51,337 nucleotides of DNA from a bacterium (GCA_011046415.1 DSAP01000185.1:1-51337), one strand, 5' to 3'. Shown: positions 20,536 to 31,330, counted from the stretch's first letter. Notes: a model not told the origin generated them from the letters alone. Program-made: numbers and translations.

Positions 20536-20814
20536 GCGATCCCTCCGTCTCAGAAGGAAAGAATGATACAGTCCCATGTTGATCGCCGCCTGCCGCGCGG
20601 CGTACCCGGTCTCAAACAAGACCTGTCGATGATGAACCGTCCCGGAAATCAATTCCATATCGAATCCATCCTGTCTGTCCAGATTGTTGCATATCTGCAC
20701 GTTGTCTCTTTCTGTCCGCCTCAACATAGAGACGGACACGTCGCCTCAAACCGTATTCACACCGACCGTTCCGTGATCCTGTCTTCAATTTTCCCCGCGC
20801 CGGTTTTGACTGTT

Positions 20815-22260
20815 TCAGGACAAATACGCTTCGGCCACCTCACGATCATCGAAGAGATACCGCACCCCGCCGATCTCCTGATAGGATTCATGTCCCTTCC
20901 CCGCGATGATCACCGTATCCCCCCCCCGCGCCGCATCCAGCGCGGCGTGAATCGCCGCACGCCGGTCAGGGACCACCGTACGGGAAACCGGACCGGTCAT
21001 GCCTTTAATAATATCCCGGAGAATCGCCTCCGGATCTTCGGTGCGCGGATTATCGGAGGTCACGAAAACCCGGTCGGACAATTCCGAAGCGATGCGGCCC
21101 ATGACCGGGCGTTTGCCCCGGTCCCGGTCGCCTCCGCACCCGAAGACCATGATGAGCCGTCCGGCCGTGAAGGCCCGCGCCGTCTTCAGGACGTTCTCGA
21201 GCGCATCGGGTGTGTGTGCGTAATCGACCACGATGCGGAATCCGGCCGGGGCGGTCCATCCTTCCATCCGACCCGGAATCCTTCCGACGGCCCGGATGCC
21301 TTCGGCCACGCATCGGGGATCGTATCCGTGCGCCAGGGCGGCCGCGGCCACGCCTGCGGCGTTATACACGTTAAAGCGCCCCCAGAGCGGCGTGAAGAAC
21401 GGAAAGGGTCCGGACGGCGTCCCGAGGGAAAATCCCGATCCGGCTTCACTCTCGCGGATGTTTCGGATCCGATACTCCGCCTCTTCACAGGCGATTCCAA
21501 ACCGGACGACCGGCCCGTTTGCGGAACGGATCATGGTCTCCGACCCGGGATCGTCACCGTTTACCACCCCGATTCCGTTTCGGATCATGCCGAAAAGCCT
21601 GGATTTCGCCTCGGCATAGGCCTCGATCGTGCCGTGATAATCCAGATGATCGTGCGTCAGGTTCGTGAAGATGGCCGTTCGGAACGGAATCCCGTCGACA
21701 CGCCGCAGATCCAGTGCGTGCGAGGAGACCTCCATGGCGACCGTCCGGACCCCTTCCCGGGCCATGCGGTCGAACAGCCTCTGGATGTCGATCGCGTCCG
21801 GAGTCGTCCGGACCGCGGTTTCTTCATGACCTTTCCAGCGGTACCGGACCGTGCCGATCAGTCCCGGCTCGAAGCCGCAATGACGGAGCACGGACTCCAT
21901 GAGATAGGCGGAGGTCGTCTTGCCGTTGGTGCCCGTGATGCCGTGTACGCCGAGCCGTTCCGCTGGAAAATCGAAGAACCGCGCCGCGATCAGCGCCTGA
22001 ATCCCGCGCGTATCCGGCACGCGGATGAAGAGGGCGCCCGGACCGACCGCCTGTTTCTCGGATACGATGACGGAAGCGCCCCTTTCGAGGGCGTCGGGAA
22101 TGTAATCATGGCCGTCCGTCTCGAATCCCGGAATCGCGATGAACAGTATGCCGGGTCCGGCCTGCCGTGAATCGGAAACAACATCCGTAACTTCGGCATC
22201 CCAGTTCACGGAACCGTCGAGCGGTATCAATCCTTCAAACAATTTGCGTAACGTCTTCAT
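20815..22260 (-). CDS. murE: UDP-MurNAc-dipeptide--meso-diaminopimelate ligase
   Basis: TGTNGKTT, MEVSSH, DHLDYH, DYAHTPD, DNPR (meso-DAP-type motif), AGKGHE. Confidence 0.98.
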   Translation of the reverse strand: MKTLRKLFEGLIPLDGSVNWDAEVTDVVSDSRQAGPGILFIAIPGFETDGHDYIPDALERGASVIVSEKQAVGPGALFIRVPDTRGIQALIAARFFDFPAERLGVHGITGTNGKTTSAYLMESVLRHCGFEPGLIGTVRYRWKGHEETAVRTTPDAIDIQRLFDRMAREGVRTVAMEVSSHALDLRRVDGIPFRTAIFTNLTHDHLDYHGTIEAYAEAKSRLFGMIRNGIGVVNGDDPGSETMIRSANGPVVRFGIACEEAEYRIRNIRESEAGSGFSLGTPSGPFPFFTPLWGRFNVYNAAGVAAAALAHGYDPRCVAEGIRAVGRIPGRMEGWTAPAGFRIVVDYAHTPDALENVLKTARAFTAGRLIMVFGCGGDRDRGKRPVMGRIASELSDRVFVTSDNPRTEDPEAILRDIIKGMTGPVSRTVVPDRRAAIHAALDAARGGDTVIIAGKGHESYQEIGGVRYLFDDREVAEAYLS

Positions 22261-22385
22261 GCCGGCCGTTTATTTTATTTTCACCCTATCTCAGACAGCC
22301 AATACCTTTATGGTTTGGACAGGACATACCGGATTGTTTTTCCTTTCACCGTAACCCTGTTCCATCCCATTTTCGTATCCCCGTG

Positions 22386-24410
22386 TCATGGACCACACCG
22401 GATCCGGCAAACCAGACCCGGATTAATCCGGGTGCCGGCCCTGGGTTCCTGGGATATCACCCGTCCGCTGCCTTCCGCCTCGACGGCGATTCCGCCGCTG
22501 CCGCACAGTTTCATGGCCTCTCTCAGGCTCATGCCGATCAGATTCGGAACGTGATATTCAGAGACGGCGCGGCTCTCCAATGCCGCGGGATAATATCCGC
22601 CGGCCTCCGGCGACCGGGTTCCGGAACCGGAAACCGGCGCGGACGTGAATGCAAACAACCTGTCGCGGCGTTTGCGAACGGGTTCACTTTCGTGATAACG
22701 GGGTCGGACAGGGAGACTCACGATCCGGTCGACCATTCGTGAGAAAATCGGCGCCGCCGACCGGGACGCCCAGTACTGTTCCCGGGGTTCATCCAGCACC
22801 ACGACCAGCACATATTGGGGGACATCGGCCGGCCAGAACCCGACAAATGAACTGACATGGATGCCCGGCGTGTATCCCCTGACCCCGGGAGATGACTTCT
22901 CGGCGGTTCCCGTCTTCCCCGCGACCGACACCCCATCCACGGCGGCGAGTCTCCCGAGGCCCCGGCTGACCGTCTTCTCGAGGATGACCCGGAGTTCGGC
23001 GGAGGTTTTCTCTGAAATGACCCGGCGGATAACCTTCGGCCGGCCGGTCAGATGAACGCTTCCGTCGGTCCTGAGTATGGAACGTATCAGATAAGGCTTG
23101 ACCAGTTCGCCGCCATTGGCCACAACGGCCGTCATACATGCCATCTGCAGGGCGGACACCGACAGTCCCTGGCCGAAAGCGATGGTCGCCGTGCCGAAAT
23201 CATCCCAACGGTACACCGGGGCCAAAATGCCGGGCACTTCACGCGGGAGATCGATTCCGGTCCGCGTGCCGAATCCGAAATTGCGCACGTACTGGCACAG
23301 TTTCTCCTTCCCCATTTTTTTGGCAATCTTCACCATGCCGATATTGGAGGACAGCTCCATGACTTCCGAGAAAGTGAGCCATTCGTACCTTTCGTTGCGG
23401 TCATGGATGGTATGGGAGCCGACCCGGTACACCCCTTTCTCGCAATAAATCAGGGCGTTCGATTCGAAAAGTCTCTCCTCGAGCGCCGCGGCCGCCGCCA
23501 CAATCTTGAACGTAGAACCCGGTTCGAAATCCCATTGTACGGCCCGATTCTCGACATACTCCTCATAACTCAGTTTGTCTGTATCCGGACGATTCGCCCA
23601 GACGGTCGCCATGGCGATGATTTCTCCCGTATAGGGATCCATCATCACGGCGCATCCGTTCTGCGCCTTATAGGTCTTGATCCCGTTCTGGAGTTCTTCC
23701 TCGAGGATCGATTGGCAGGCATGATCGAGCGTCAGCACGAGATGATGACCGTCGGTCGGCGGTTCAGAGGGCAATTCGAGAGAAGAGAAACTCTGATTAT
23801 GGGCGTCCCGCTGATAGAAGGCCCATCCGTCCGCGCCGCGGAGGTACCGGTCGCAAGCCTGTTCGACTCCGCCGATGGATTTCTGACGCGAATCGATCAC
23901 CCCGATCACCTGTCGCGCCAATGTGCCGTAAGGACGGATCCGTCTCGGTTCTTTCTCCAGGATCAAACCCTCGATCTTCTCTTCGGTAAGCCTGCGGAGT
24001 TCGAGATCCGTCAATCCCCGTTTCACATAGACAAACCGTTTGCCGTCCGATTTTTGGATGAGGTCAAGATACTGTTTTGGGCTACCGCCGAGTATGTCGG
24101 CCAGGACATCGGCCGCCGCATTCACATCCGCAATCAACCTCTGATCGAAAGCGAGATGGTAAACCGTTTGGTCCATGGCAAGGACATCCAGATTCCGATC
24201 ATAGATCTGTCCGCGTTCGGCCGGCATCGGAATCCTTTTCTGATGTTGCTGTGCCGCTTTCTCGATCCAGGGACTGCGGTCGATGACTTGAATGGTAAAG
24301 GACCGGAACAGAATCATCAGAATACCCAGGAAGAAGACCGCGACGAGCTGATGCAATCGTCCCACGGAAACGTGCCGTAACGTTCTGCGGCGCGTGTGTC
24401 GGTACTCCAT
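22386..24410 (-). CDS. ftsI: Class B penicillin-binding protein FtsI/PBP3 with C-terminal PASTA domain
   Basis: ERGQIYDRN, EPGSTFK (SxxK), SSN, KTGT; PASTA VPNLIGMSLREA...GSGRVISQEP. Confidence 0.95.
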   Translation of the reverse strand: MEYRHTRRRTLRHVSVGRLHQLVAVFFLGILMILFRSFTIQVIDRSPWIEKAAQQHQKRIPMPAERGQIYDRNLDVLAMDQTVYHLAFDQRLIADVNAAADVLADILGGSPKQYLDLIQKSDGKRFVYVKRGLTDLELRRLTEEKIEGLILEKEPRRIRPYGTLARQVIGVIDSRQKSIGGVEQACDRYLRGADGWAFYQRDAHNQSFSSLELPSEPPTDGHHLVLTLDHACQSILEEELQNGIKTYKAQNGCAVMMDPYTGEIIAMATVWANRPDTDKLSYEEYVENRAVQWDFEPGSTFKIVAAAAALEERLFESNALIYCEKGVYRVGSHTIHDRNERYEWLTFSEVMELSSNIGMVKIAKKMGKEKLCQYVRNFGFGTRTGIDLPREVPGILAPVYRWDDFGTATIAFGQGLSVSALQMACMTAVVANGGELVKPYLIRSILRTDGSVHLTGRPKVIRRVISEKTSAELRVILEKTVSRGLGRLAAVDGVSVAGKTGTAEKSSPGVRGYTPGIHVSSFVGFWPADVPQYVLVVVLDEPREQYWASRSAAPIFSRMVDRIVSLPVRPRYHESEPVRKRRDRLFAFTSAPVSGSGTRSPEAGGYYPAALESRAVSEYHVPNLIGMSLREAMKLCGSGGIAVEAEGSGRVISQEPRAGTRINPGLVCRIRCGP

Positions 24411-24466
24411 GACGGGTTCCCCGGGTTAAACTGTGATTCCCTCACGACGCATCGGGAGGGTCAAAA

Positions 24467-24877
24467 TCAATGATCGAGACGCAACGGCTGAAACCCGGCC
24501 TGATGCCATCCGGAACGTGACATCACCGTATAAACAGACAATCCGGAGAGATCGACGGGCAGTTCGCCGATGTCGCGGCTGCGTACGGAGACAAGCCCCT
24601 GATTCCGGGCGAGTCGTGATATGCGTTCATAACTCCTCAGTCCGTTCAGTTGAATCCTCAAATCACCGGTCTTTTGCTCCAGGAAAATTTTCTCCTGCCT
24701 GAGACGGTCCGTCTCACGCAACACTTCTTCGATCTGGACCCTTGCCCCCAGATGCAGGACGACCAGTACAAATCCCGAGAGGGTCAGCAGGATGACGGCT
24801 CCGTTCCCTGCGTTTTTACGCGGCGAAACGGCTTTGCGCCGAACGGGTGTTCTCTTCTGCCGGCGCATCGGATTCAC
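24467..24877 (-). CDS. ftsL: Cell division protein FtsL-like
   Basis: Basic N-terminus, one TM, coiled coil ending L.SYERI..LAR; lies between rsmH and ftsI. Confidence 0.8.
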   Translation of the reverse strand: MNPMRRQKRTPVRRKAVSPRKNAGNGAVILLTLSGFVLVVLHLGARVQIEEVLRETDRLRQEKIFLEQKTGDLRIQLNGLRSYERISRLARNQGLVSVRSRDIGELPVDLSGLSVYTVMSRSGWHQAGFQPLRLDH

Positions 24878-25821
24878 CCTCCCCTTTTCTCGGCGGCGCG
24901 CAGGACGGCGCTTCGCGCACGCGGATTCTTTCGGATTTCGGATTCCGAAGCACGGATGCCCCGGGGTGTCAAACTCCTGAAATCGAACCGTTTTTGTCCG
25001 AAAGCGAGTTCCGACCGGGTAAAAGACGGTTCTTCGCCCCGGAAATACCGTTTGACGACTCGGGATTCGAGCCCGTGATACATGATCACCGCCACGCGTC
25101 CGCCGGTTTTAAGAGAGGGATAGATTTTGACGAGACAGTCTGCGAGCTCCTCCATTTCCCCGTTTACGGCGATGCGGAGCGCCTGAAATATCCGCGAAAG
25201 CGATTTGATGTGCCAACGTGCAGGAGTGCATGCCCTGACCGCATCCGCGAGATCGGTCGTGGATTCCAGTGGCGTTTTTTCCCGCATATACACGATCCGT
25301 CTGGCGATTTGACGTGATTTTTTCTCTTCTCCGAATACAAAAAATAAATCGGACAACTTCTTTTCCGGCCAGCCGTTCACGATATCCGCCGCGGTCAGGC
25401 CGCTCCGCCCATCCATACGCATGTCGAGCGGCCCCTCTTTGGAATAACTGAATCCCCGCCGGGCCGCATCGATTTGACGGGAAGAGACACCGAGATCGAG
25501 CAGGAGTCCGTCGATGCGGCGAATGGAAAGTGTGTCGAGGACGGCGTCGATCCGTCCGAACCGGTCATGGATACAGCACAGGCGGTCCCCGAAACGGGAA
25601 AGCCGTTTTCGCGCGGAATCGATGGCCTCCGCGTCCCGGTCGATGCCGATGACCCGCCCGTCCTCCGACAGCCTTTCGAGCAGGGCCTCGCTGTGTCCGC
25701 CCCCCCCGAGCGTCCCGTCCACATAGACACCGGACGTGTCGTTGACCACACAGCCGACGGCTTCCTCCCGGAGAACAGGAACATGATATTCGTTTTCCGG
25801 AATATTCTGCGTGATGCTCAT
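24874..25821 (-). CDS. rsmH: 16S rRNA m4C1402 methyltransferase RsmH (MraW)
   Basis: HVPVL, DGTLGGGGHS, DLGVSS, PLDMRM, FQALRIAVN, NPRARSA. Start placed at MSITQ. Confidence 0.97.
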   Translation of the reverse strand: MSITQNIPENEYHVPVLREEAVGCVVNDTSGVYVDGTLGGGGHSEALLERLSEDGRVIGIDRDAEAIDSARKRLSRFGDRLCCIHDRFGRIDAVLDTLSIRRIDGLLLDLGVSSRQIDAARRGFSYSKEGPLDMRMDGRSGLTAADIVNGWPEKKLSDLFFVFGEEKKSRQIARRIVYMREKTPLESTTDLADAVRACTPARWHIKSLSRIFQALRIAVNGEMEELADCLVKIYPSLKTGGRVAVIMYHGLESRVVKRYFRGEEPSFTRSELAFGQKRFDFRSLTPRGIRASESEIRKNPRARSAVLRAAEKRGG

Positions 25822-25973
25822 GACACGCACCCGATCCGTTCGGCCGGACAGGAGAGGACTGAACAATCTTTCAACCCGGAAATCCATACCGCATCCCGGC
25901 GACCCGCCTGCGGTCGGACCGGCTTCCCCTTGCTGTTTCCCCTGCCCCAAGATTTCATGGCCGATTTTTCCGG

Positions 25974-26405
25974 CTAAATATATTTTTTAAACGTCTCGGG
26001 ATTCCAGAGTTCGATCCGGTTTCCCATGCCGACGATCAGCACCTCGTTCTCGATACCCGCATGCTCAATGTGTTCTTTAGGAACGACGATACGGCCCTGC
26101 TGGTCACATCGTACCGGCTGGGCGAATGACATCACGCGCCTTGAAAGCTTGAGTTGATCTTCGTCTACGTTGCCCATAAGCGGATTACTGATCGACCCCA
26201 TTTTATCCATTTCCACCTTGAATTCCGACCTCGGATAGACGTACAGACAGGGTTCGGTGCCGTATGTGATGTGAAAAAAAAGATTGTCGTGCGAATCGGA
26301 TCCGTCCTCGCGTTTTTCCTGAAGCTGTATCCGGAACGGCGCGGGAATGTTCACCCGTCCCTTCGCATCGAATGTGTATTTGAATTGTCCGCTGAAGACC
26401 GGCAC
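25974..26405 (-). CDS. mraZ: Division/cell wall cluster transcriptional repressor MraZ
   Basis: Two SpoVT/AbrB motifs DAKGRV.IP and DQQGRI..P, and IELW; first gene of the dcw cluster (GTG start). Confidence 0.95.
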   Translation of the reverse strand: MPVFSGQFKYTFDAKGRVNIPAPFRIQLQEKREDGSDSHDNLFFHITYGTEPCLYVYPRSEFKVEMDKMGSISNPLMGNVDEDQLKLSRRVMSFAQPVRCDQQGRIVVPKEHIEHAGIENEVLIVGMGNRIELWNPETFKKYI

Positions 26406-26450
26406 GACGCTCTCCGTTACGCTCAGGATACGAAATTCCCCGCACCCCTC

Positions 26451-26506
26451 TTAAGGAATATTCAGGGATGCTAAGGGAAATTAAGGTTTAAACACGTGAA
26501 AGTCAA
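26451..26506 (-). promoter_or_regulatory. mraZ/dcw promoter with overlapping 10-bp-phased direct repeats (candidate MraZ operator)
   Basis: Minus strand TTGACT (26506-26501), 17 nt spacer, TAATTT (26483-26478). Plus strand TTAAGGAATA/TTCAGGGATG/CTAAGGGAAA/TTAAGGTTTA at 26451-26490. Confidence 0.6.
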
Positions 26507-26543
26507 GAAAAAAAAGGGAAATCGGAAAAAAATGGGATGTTCA

Positions 26544-26565
26544 GGATTTCTGATTCCTGATTCTG
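26544..26565. repeat. Heptamer repeat ATT(T/C)CTG, sharing 19 identical nt with 49229-49247
   Basis: GG ATTTCTG ATTCCTG ATTCTG. Confidence 0.6.
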
Positions 26566-26682
26566 TCATCGTCCTCCTTTTCCCATTTTATCCATACCGG
26601 AATCACACTCATTATGAATCTCGTCAGGAAAGTCCATACTCGTCAATCTGTATCAATTCGGAACGGAAAAAGCCGTTTCCCC

Positions 26683-26711
26683 TTGACAATGATGTTTCAA
26701 ATCTGTAACGT
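26683..26711 (+). promoter_or_regulatory. Sigma70-type promoter divergent from mraZ, upstream of the large lipoprotein gene
   Basis: TTGACA (26683-26688), 17 nt spacer, TAACGT (26706-26711). Confidence 0.55.
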
Positions 26712-26914
26712 TCAGTGATTAACGATTTGGAATGTACCTGTTTTTCAGAATCCCGGCCTTTTTTACCAGGAGCCAAGGAAAGGGATTCACGATCGTTTTT
26801 CAGATTACATATTCCCGGAACATAATAAATTCATGGCAAGACCCGTCCGGCCTTCTGAAAAGAACCGCCGCCCGGCAGGCAGGCGGTGCGCCATTCAAAG
26901 AAAAAGGTTCTGTC

Positions 26915-29163
26915 GTGAATGCGTCAAACGGCTATCCCCTCGCAGTCATCCTTTTTCTCTGCGGCCTGCTGACCGTCGGATGCTCGAAGAAATCCGATCA
27001 GATTCTGGATCCCTCGGACGGGGAAAAACCGTCCGCCACGGTCACGATCGGCCCGTCCGGAGGCGTCCTGGAAATGGAAGGAATATCGGTCCACATCCCG
27101 GCCGGGACCCTGGATCAGAACACGACGCTTACCGTTTCGGAGTCGGATGCGGAAAACCCGTTCGGAGAGGCGGGTGTGACCGGCCTGTTCCTGATCGGGG
27201 GCCTGCCGGATAACCTGGGTAAACCCCTTCACATCCGTCTGAGGATCCGGGATGGAGCGGAGGTTGACGAAGGCGGCATCGCATACGGCCTCCCGGGAGA
27301 GGCCTTCCTGACCGGAGAACCCGTCACCGTCTACAGCGTCCACGCCGCGGGAGATTCGGCCGGGTATCTGGTCAGCCGGACGGACGATCCGGCAAAAGCC
27401 GGCAAGAGAATGCCGGCCTCGCCCGGGAAATCCTCCGTGAAGGACGCCCTCAATGTCCTCGGCATCGGGAAGAAAACACTGGAATATGATGTCTGGAACA
27501 TCACCTACTGCGGCATGCTGGATCCCTCGCGATTCACGGAGGAGCTGGACCGGGTGTGGATGATTGTCACCGGCGAACTGAATCTGCCCTTTCAAAATAC
27601 GCCCGACCGGTGGGATCCTTATATATTGTATCACTTGCCTTATCAATCCTGGGAATTCCCGATCCGTATTGTCGCGCTGTCGCGACCAGAGCAGATTGTA
27701 AACCTTCGTTACGAGATCATCCTATACAATGCTTTCCCCCCTTTTTTTCCTGTGCTCAACATCGATGAAACCCTGCTCGGCATACAACGATCCGCGGACG
27801 TAGTCCGGTGTCTGGGTCCGGCCGTTCTGGCGTTGTCCCTCAACACGTATCACCCGCCGTACATCTGGTTGAATCTCGCGGTGATCGCCTGGTCTGGAGA
27901 ATTCTTTTCCGATCCGGATACCGAGGCCGGATCCGTTCAGGGGAATAATCAGATGGCCCCGTTCCGGGGCATGGAGGCCGGTTTTTCAGGCGATCGGGTA
28001 AACCGCCACGGACACAGCCTCGGGATGGCGGCGGTGATCAAATACCTGGTGGACCGGCCCTCCCTTTTCGGAAAAGAGGGACTCCGGAGAACCTATGACA
28101 GACTCCTGGACGGACGGGAGAACCACAACGCCGCCCTGCTCCGAAGCATCGACGCGCTGCCCGCGGAATGGTGGCCCGATTTCTTCAAATCCTATATCGG
28201 CGGAGAGATCTACGGCGTCCCGCCGTCCGTGTTCACGGAAAACGCCTCCGGCACCTGGATCCTCGCGTCGGAAGAGGATGAGCAGACGACCTTTGCCTCC
28301 GATTATCCCGACATGTCGGCCGAACTCTTCCTGGTGGATGTCCAGAACCCGGATATTCACGACGGCGATCGTCTCATCGTCGACGTGTCGGGCACCGTGG
28401 CCGGACAGGGGCTGACGGCGATGATTTTTGCGGTCAATGGAAACAAACTGGACTTCCTGGGCATGGAACACGCGGCTTCTGCCGGACTCCGGCTGACCGG
28501 CATGAAGGCGAAATATGACGCCGGGATCCGCCGGTATCTCGTCGCGGTCGTGAACAGCAACCGGAATGAAACATACACGGGTTCGACGCATATCGAACTG
28601 ACCCTGCGGCATGAGAAAGCACCCGATGAGGTCCCGGGTTTCGTCCAGTGCGATGTATATCTGAATATTCTGATGGAAAGGGAGGACTGGAATACCTATG
28701 ACGGACGAAACACCATCATGACCACACTCAACATCTCGGACGCCGTCTCGATGGCCGGAACTTTCTCAAACAACCGATTCGAAGGAAGCCGGACCTATGA
28801 CATCACGGGGGGATTCTTCGCCGAGAGCGGAACCTGGACCGATTCGGTCGCCCTGACGCTCGGCTCGGACTTTCAGAGTATTTTAAGTCTTGATTATACG
28901 GGCATCGGAACGATACTGAACAAGGACGGGACCACCACCCATACGACAAGACATTTCACCGCCGCGAATATCCCGCACAGCCGAGAGACTTCGATGATCC
29001 CCATACCTACCATATCGGGGAGGAGGGAACCTGTTCCGTGATCACCGGCATTTTCTTTGAGAGTCTCGACTACCGCGGCGAATCCCTCGTCGGATCCAGG
29101 ATCGGCACGGGATATTATGAGTGTGATACATGGAGCGCGATTACGGTGCGGTTGCGGAATTGA
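26915..29163 (+). CDS. Large multidomain lipoprotein (ZU5-like N-domain, degenerate zincin-like core, beta-rich C-domain); apparent -1 frameshift near 28980
   Basis: GTG start with AAAGG RBS, lipobox LTVG-C, TIGPSGGVL...IPAGTL. The -1 frame continues DFDDPHTYHIGEEGTCSVITG...ECDTWSAITVRLRN to TGA 29163, just before a terminator. Confidence 0.75.
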
Positions 29164-29180
29164 TCCCGATTCTGCTCTTT

Positions 29181-29219
29181 CAGGATTCAGGATATCCGGA
29201 TCCTGATCTCCTGTTTTTT
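29181..29219 (+). terminator. Terminator built from inverted heptamer units
   Basis: CAGGATTCAGGAT-atccgg-ATCCTGATCTCCTG-TTTTTT. Confidence 0.6.
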
Positions 29220-29325
29220 CAACAGGCGGGACGCCATTTCGCTGGTTTTAAATCGGTTTTCATCTTAACTTGGGTGCGGATGTACCGGTTCCATCAGACT
29301 CACCTGAAAAATTGTCGGTAAGGGA

Positions 29326-30633
29326 GTGATGACAAAGATCCATTCCCGCGATGCCGGAAATCCCGCATACGACTGGTATACCCTGGACAATGCGGCCAAG
29401 ATTTATCCGTCGACCGCCTCTGAACATTCTCCGGCTGTGTTCAGACTTTTCGTGACACTGAAAGAACCTGTTAAATCTTGGATCTTACAGCAAGCGATCG
29501 AAGCAGTCATGCCCCGCTTTCCGTATTTTCAGGTCTATCTGAGGCGGGGATGGTTTTGGTATTATCTTCAAAGGCACCATCACATACCCCGGATACGGCC
29601 ACTGGAACCGACACCCGTATCCCGAATACCTGTCCGCGCCGGATCCTCGCATTTACTCCATGTCAGTGCCGGCAGGAACATCATCGCCGTTGATTTCTCG
29701 CATATCCTGACCGACGGGAACGGCGGAATCCGGTTTCTGATCTCATTGATCGCGGAATATCTCAGGTTATGTGGCATGCCGATCGGGTCGCATGAAAATT
29801 TTTTGCATCCTCAAGATCCGCCCCATCCAGAAGAATATGAAGATGCATACAAAAGATACTTCATAAAGGGGGCTCCGGGTCCGGGACACTATTCTCCCGC
29901 CTATCATATCCCGGGAAGACCCGCTCAGGCCGGCCGTTTCCGGACAATCACAGGTAGAATCTCCGTCGACCAGATGCTGGATCGAACAAGAAAAGAGGGC
30001 GTGACTCTGACCGAATATCTTGCGGCGTTGATGATATATTGCCTGGCCCGGATTTACCAGGAGGAAGTCGACCAAGGGAAAAAACATCGAAGGTCCATCA
30101 TCCGGCTTGAGGTGCCTGTCAATTTAAGGTCCTTTTATCCCTCGGGCACCATGAGGAATTTTTCTCTTTACGTATCCCCGGAGATTGACATGAAACTGGG
30201 GCCGTACGATTTTGAAGAACTGTTGAAGCACGTCCATCACAGCATGCGGATCCAGATCAATCGGAAAGAACTCAGCAGGCAGATTTCCCGTAATGTGGGT
30301 GCCGAGTTCAATCCGTTGATCCGTTTTTTACCTCTTTTCATAAAAGACCGTTTTGTAAACTGGATTCATTCAAGAATGGGAGAACGGCTCTATTCCGGGG
30401 TGCTTTCGAATCTGGGCAAGATCTCTCTCCCGGCGGAAATGGAATCCTCGGTTCAATCCATTCATGTTGTGCTGAGCCCCAATCGGATGATGAAAACAAG
30501 CTGTACGGTTATCGGTTATCAAAACGATATACATATCAACTTCTGCAGCCTGGTGGAGAGCCGGAATCTGGAGAGACTGTTTTTTACACACCTCGTTGAA
30601 TACGGTATTTCTGTACACATCAAGGAGTCGTGA
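29326..30633 (+). CDS. Alcohol acetyltransferase-like / condensation-fold acyltransferase
   Basis: WY.LDNAAKIYP N-terminal signature, HILTDG (HxxxDG), PVNLR.FYPS.TMRNF, SNLG. Confidence 0.8.
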   Translation: MMTKIHSRDAGNPAYDWYTLDNAAKIYPSTASEHSPAVFRLFVTLKEPVKSWILQQAIEAVMPRFPYFQVYLRRGWFWYYLQRHHHIPRIRPLEPTPVSRIPVRAGSSHLLHVSAGRNIIAVDFSHILTDGNGGIRFLISLIAEYLRLCGMPIGSHENFLHPQDPPHPEEYEDAYKRYFIKGAPGPGHYSPAYHIPGRPAQAGRFRTITGRISVDQMLDRTRKEGVTLTEYLAALMIYCLARIYQEEVDQGKKHRRSIIRLEVPVNLRSFYPSGTMRNFSLYVSPEIDMKLGPYDFEELLKHVHHSMRIQINRKELSRQISRNVGAEFNPLIRFLPLFIKDRFVNWIHSRMGERLYSGVLSNLGKISLPAEMESSVQSIHVVLSPNRMMKTSCTVIGYQNDIHINFCSLVESRNLERLFFTHLVEYGISVHIKES

Positions 30634-30636
30634 GTC

Positions 30637-31330
30637 ATGCCGGTCTGTAAACATTGCGGTGTCGAGATCGAAGAAGATCTGCCTTGTTGTCCTCTGTGCC
30701 GTTCTTCGATCCATGGAGGAGATCCTGTCGGCGAACAGAACATCCGGACTCCCTTGCCGGAAACGGCAGCCCATCAAAAAAGCTGGTTTTGGGGCTTGAT
30801 CACCTTGTTGGGTCTGGGAGGGGGAGCCATTGTATCAGCCGTTGATCTGGCTTACGGCATGTCGATCACCTGGTCCAGATATCCGTTGATATCGATTGCA
30901 TACCTGTGGCTGACAGTCTCCCTTTTTATCTACCTGAGAAAACACATTTATTCTCTGCTTCTGTTTGAAACAATCAATCTCGGGCTGTATTTGTGGATTT
31001 TAAATTCATTGACACCCATCACGCCCTGGTTTTTTTCACTGGTTATTCCTCTGTATATTCTGGTGAGTGTTTTTTATCGGTTTGACGCTGTTCATCGTCC
31101 GCAAATTCAAACTGGCGATTACGGGGATTGTGGTGACCGGGATGATCAGCATGGGGCTTTTTCTCCTGCTTCTGGAAATGATCCTCAACAGGTTTATTTT
31201 CGATAAAATATTCATCAGCTGGTCTCTGATCATTTTCGCCTGTATTCTTACGTTTTCCGCAGCTTTTCTCTTTATTCAAAAGCGGTATGGATTACACAGG
31301 TCCGAACTGAAAAAAAAATTTCATGCTTGA
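30637..31330 (+). CDS. Zinc-ribbon membrane protein (DUF6320-like), split by an apparent +1 frameshift in a T6 run at 31070-31075
   Basis: CKHCGV...CPLC, multiple TMs, TWSRYP. The second frame supplies the remaining TMs and the ELKKKFHA terminus. This family is the usual partner of the upstream acyltransferase family. Confidence 0.75.

Noticed and set aside
20563-24380. Long plus-strand ORFs (535 aa, 442 aa), and similar ones at 2653-4077, 10849-12030 and 46369-47685
   Set aside because: Each lies opposite a clearly identified conserved gene.
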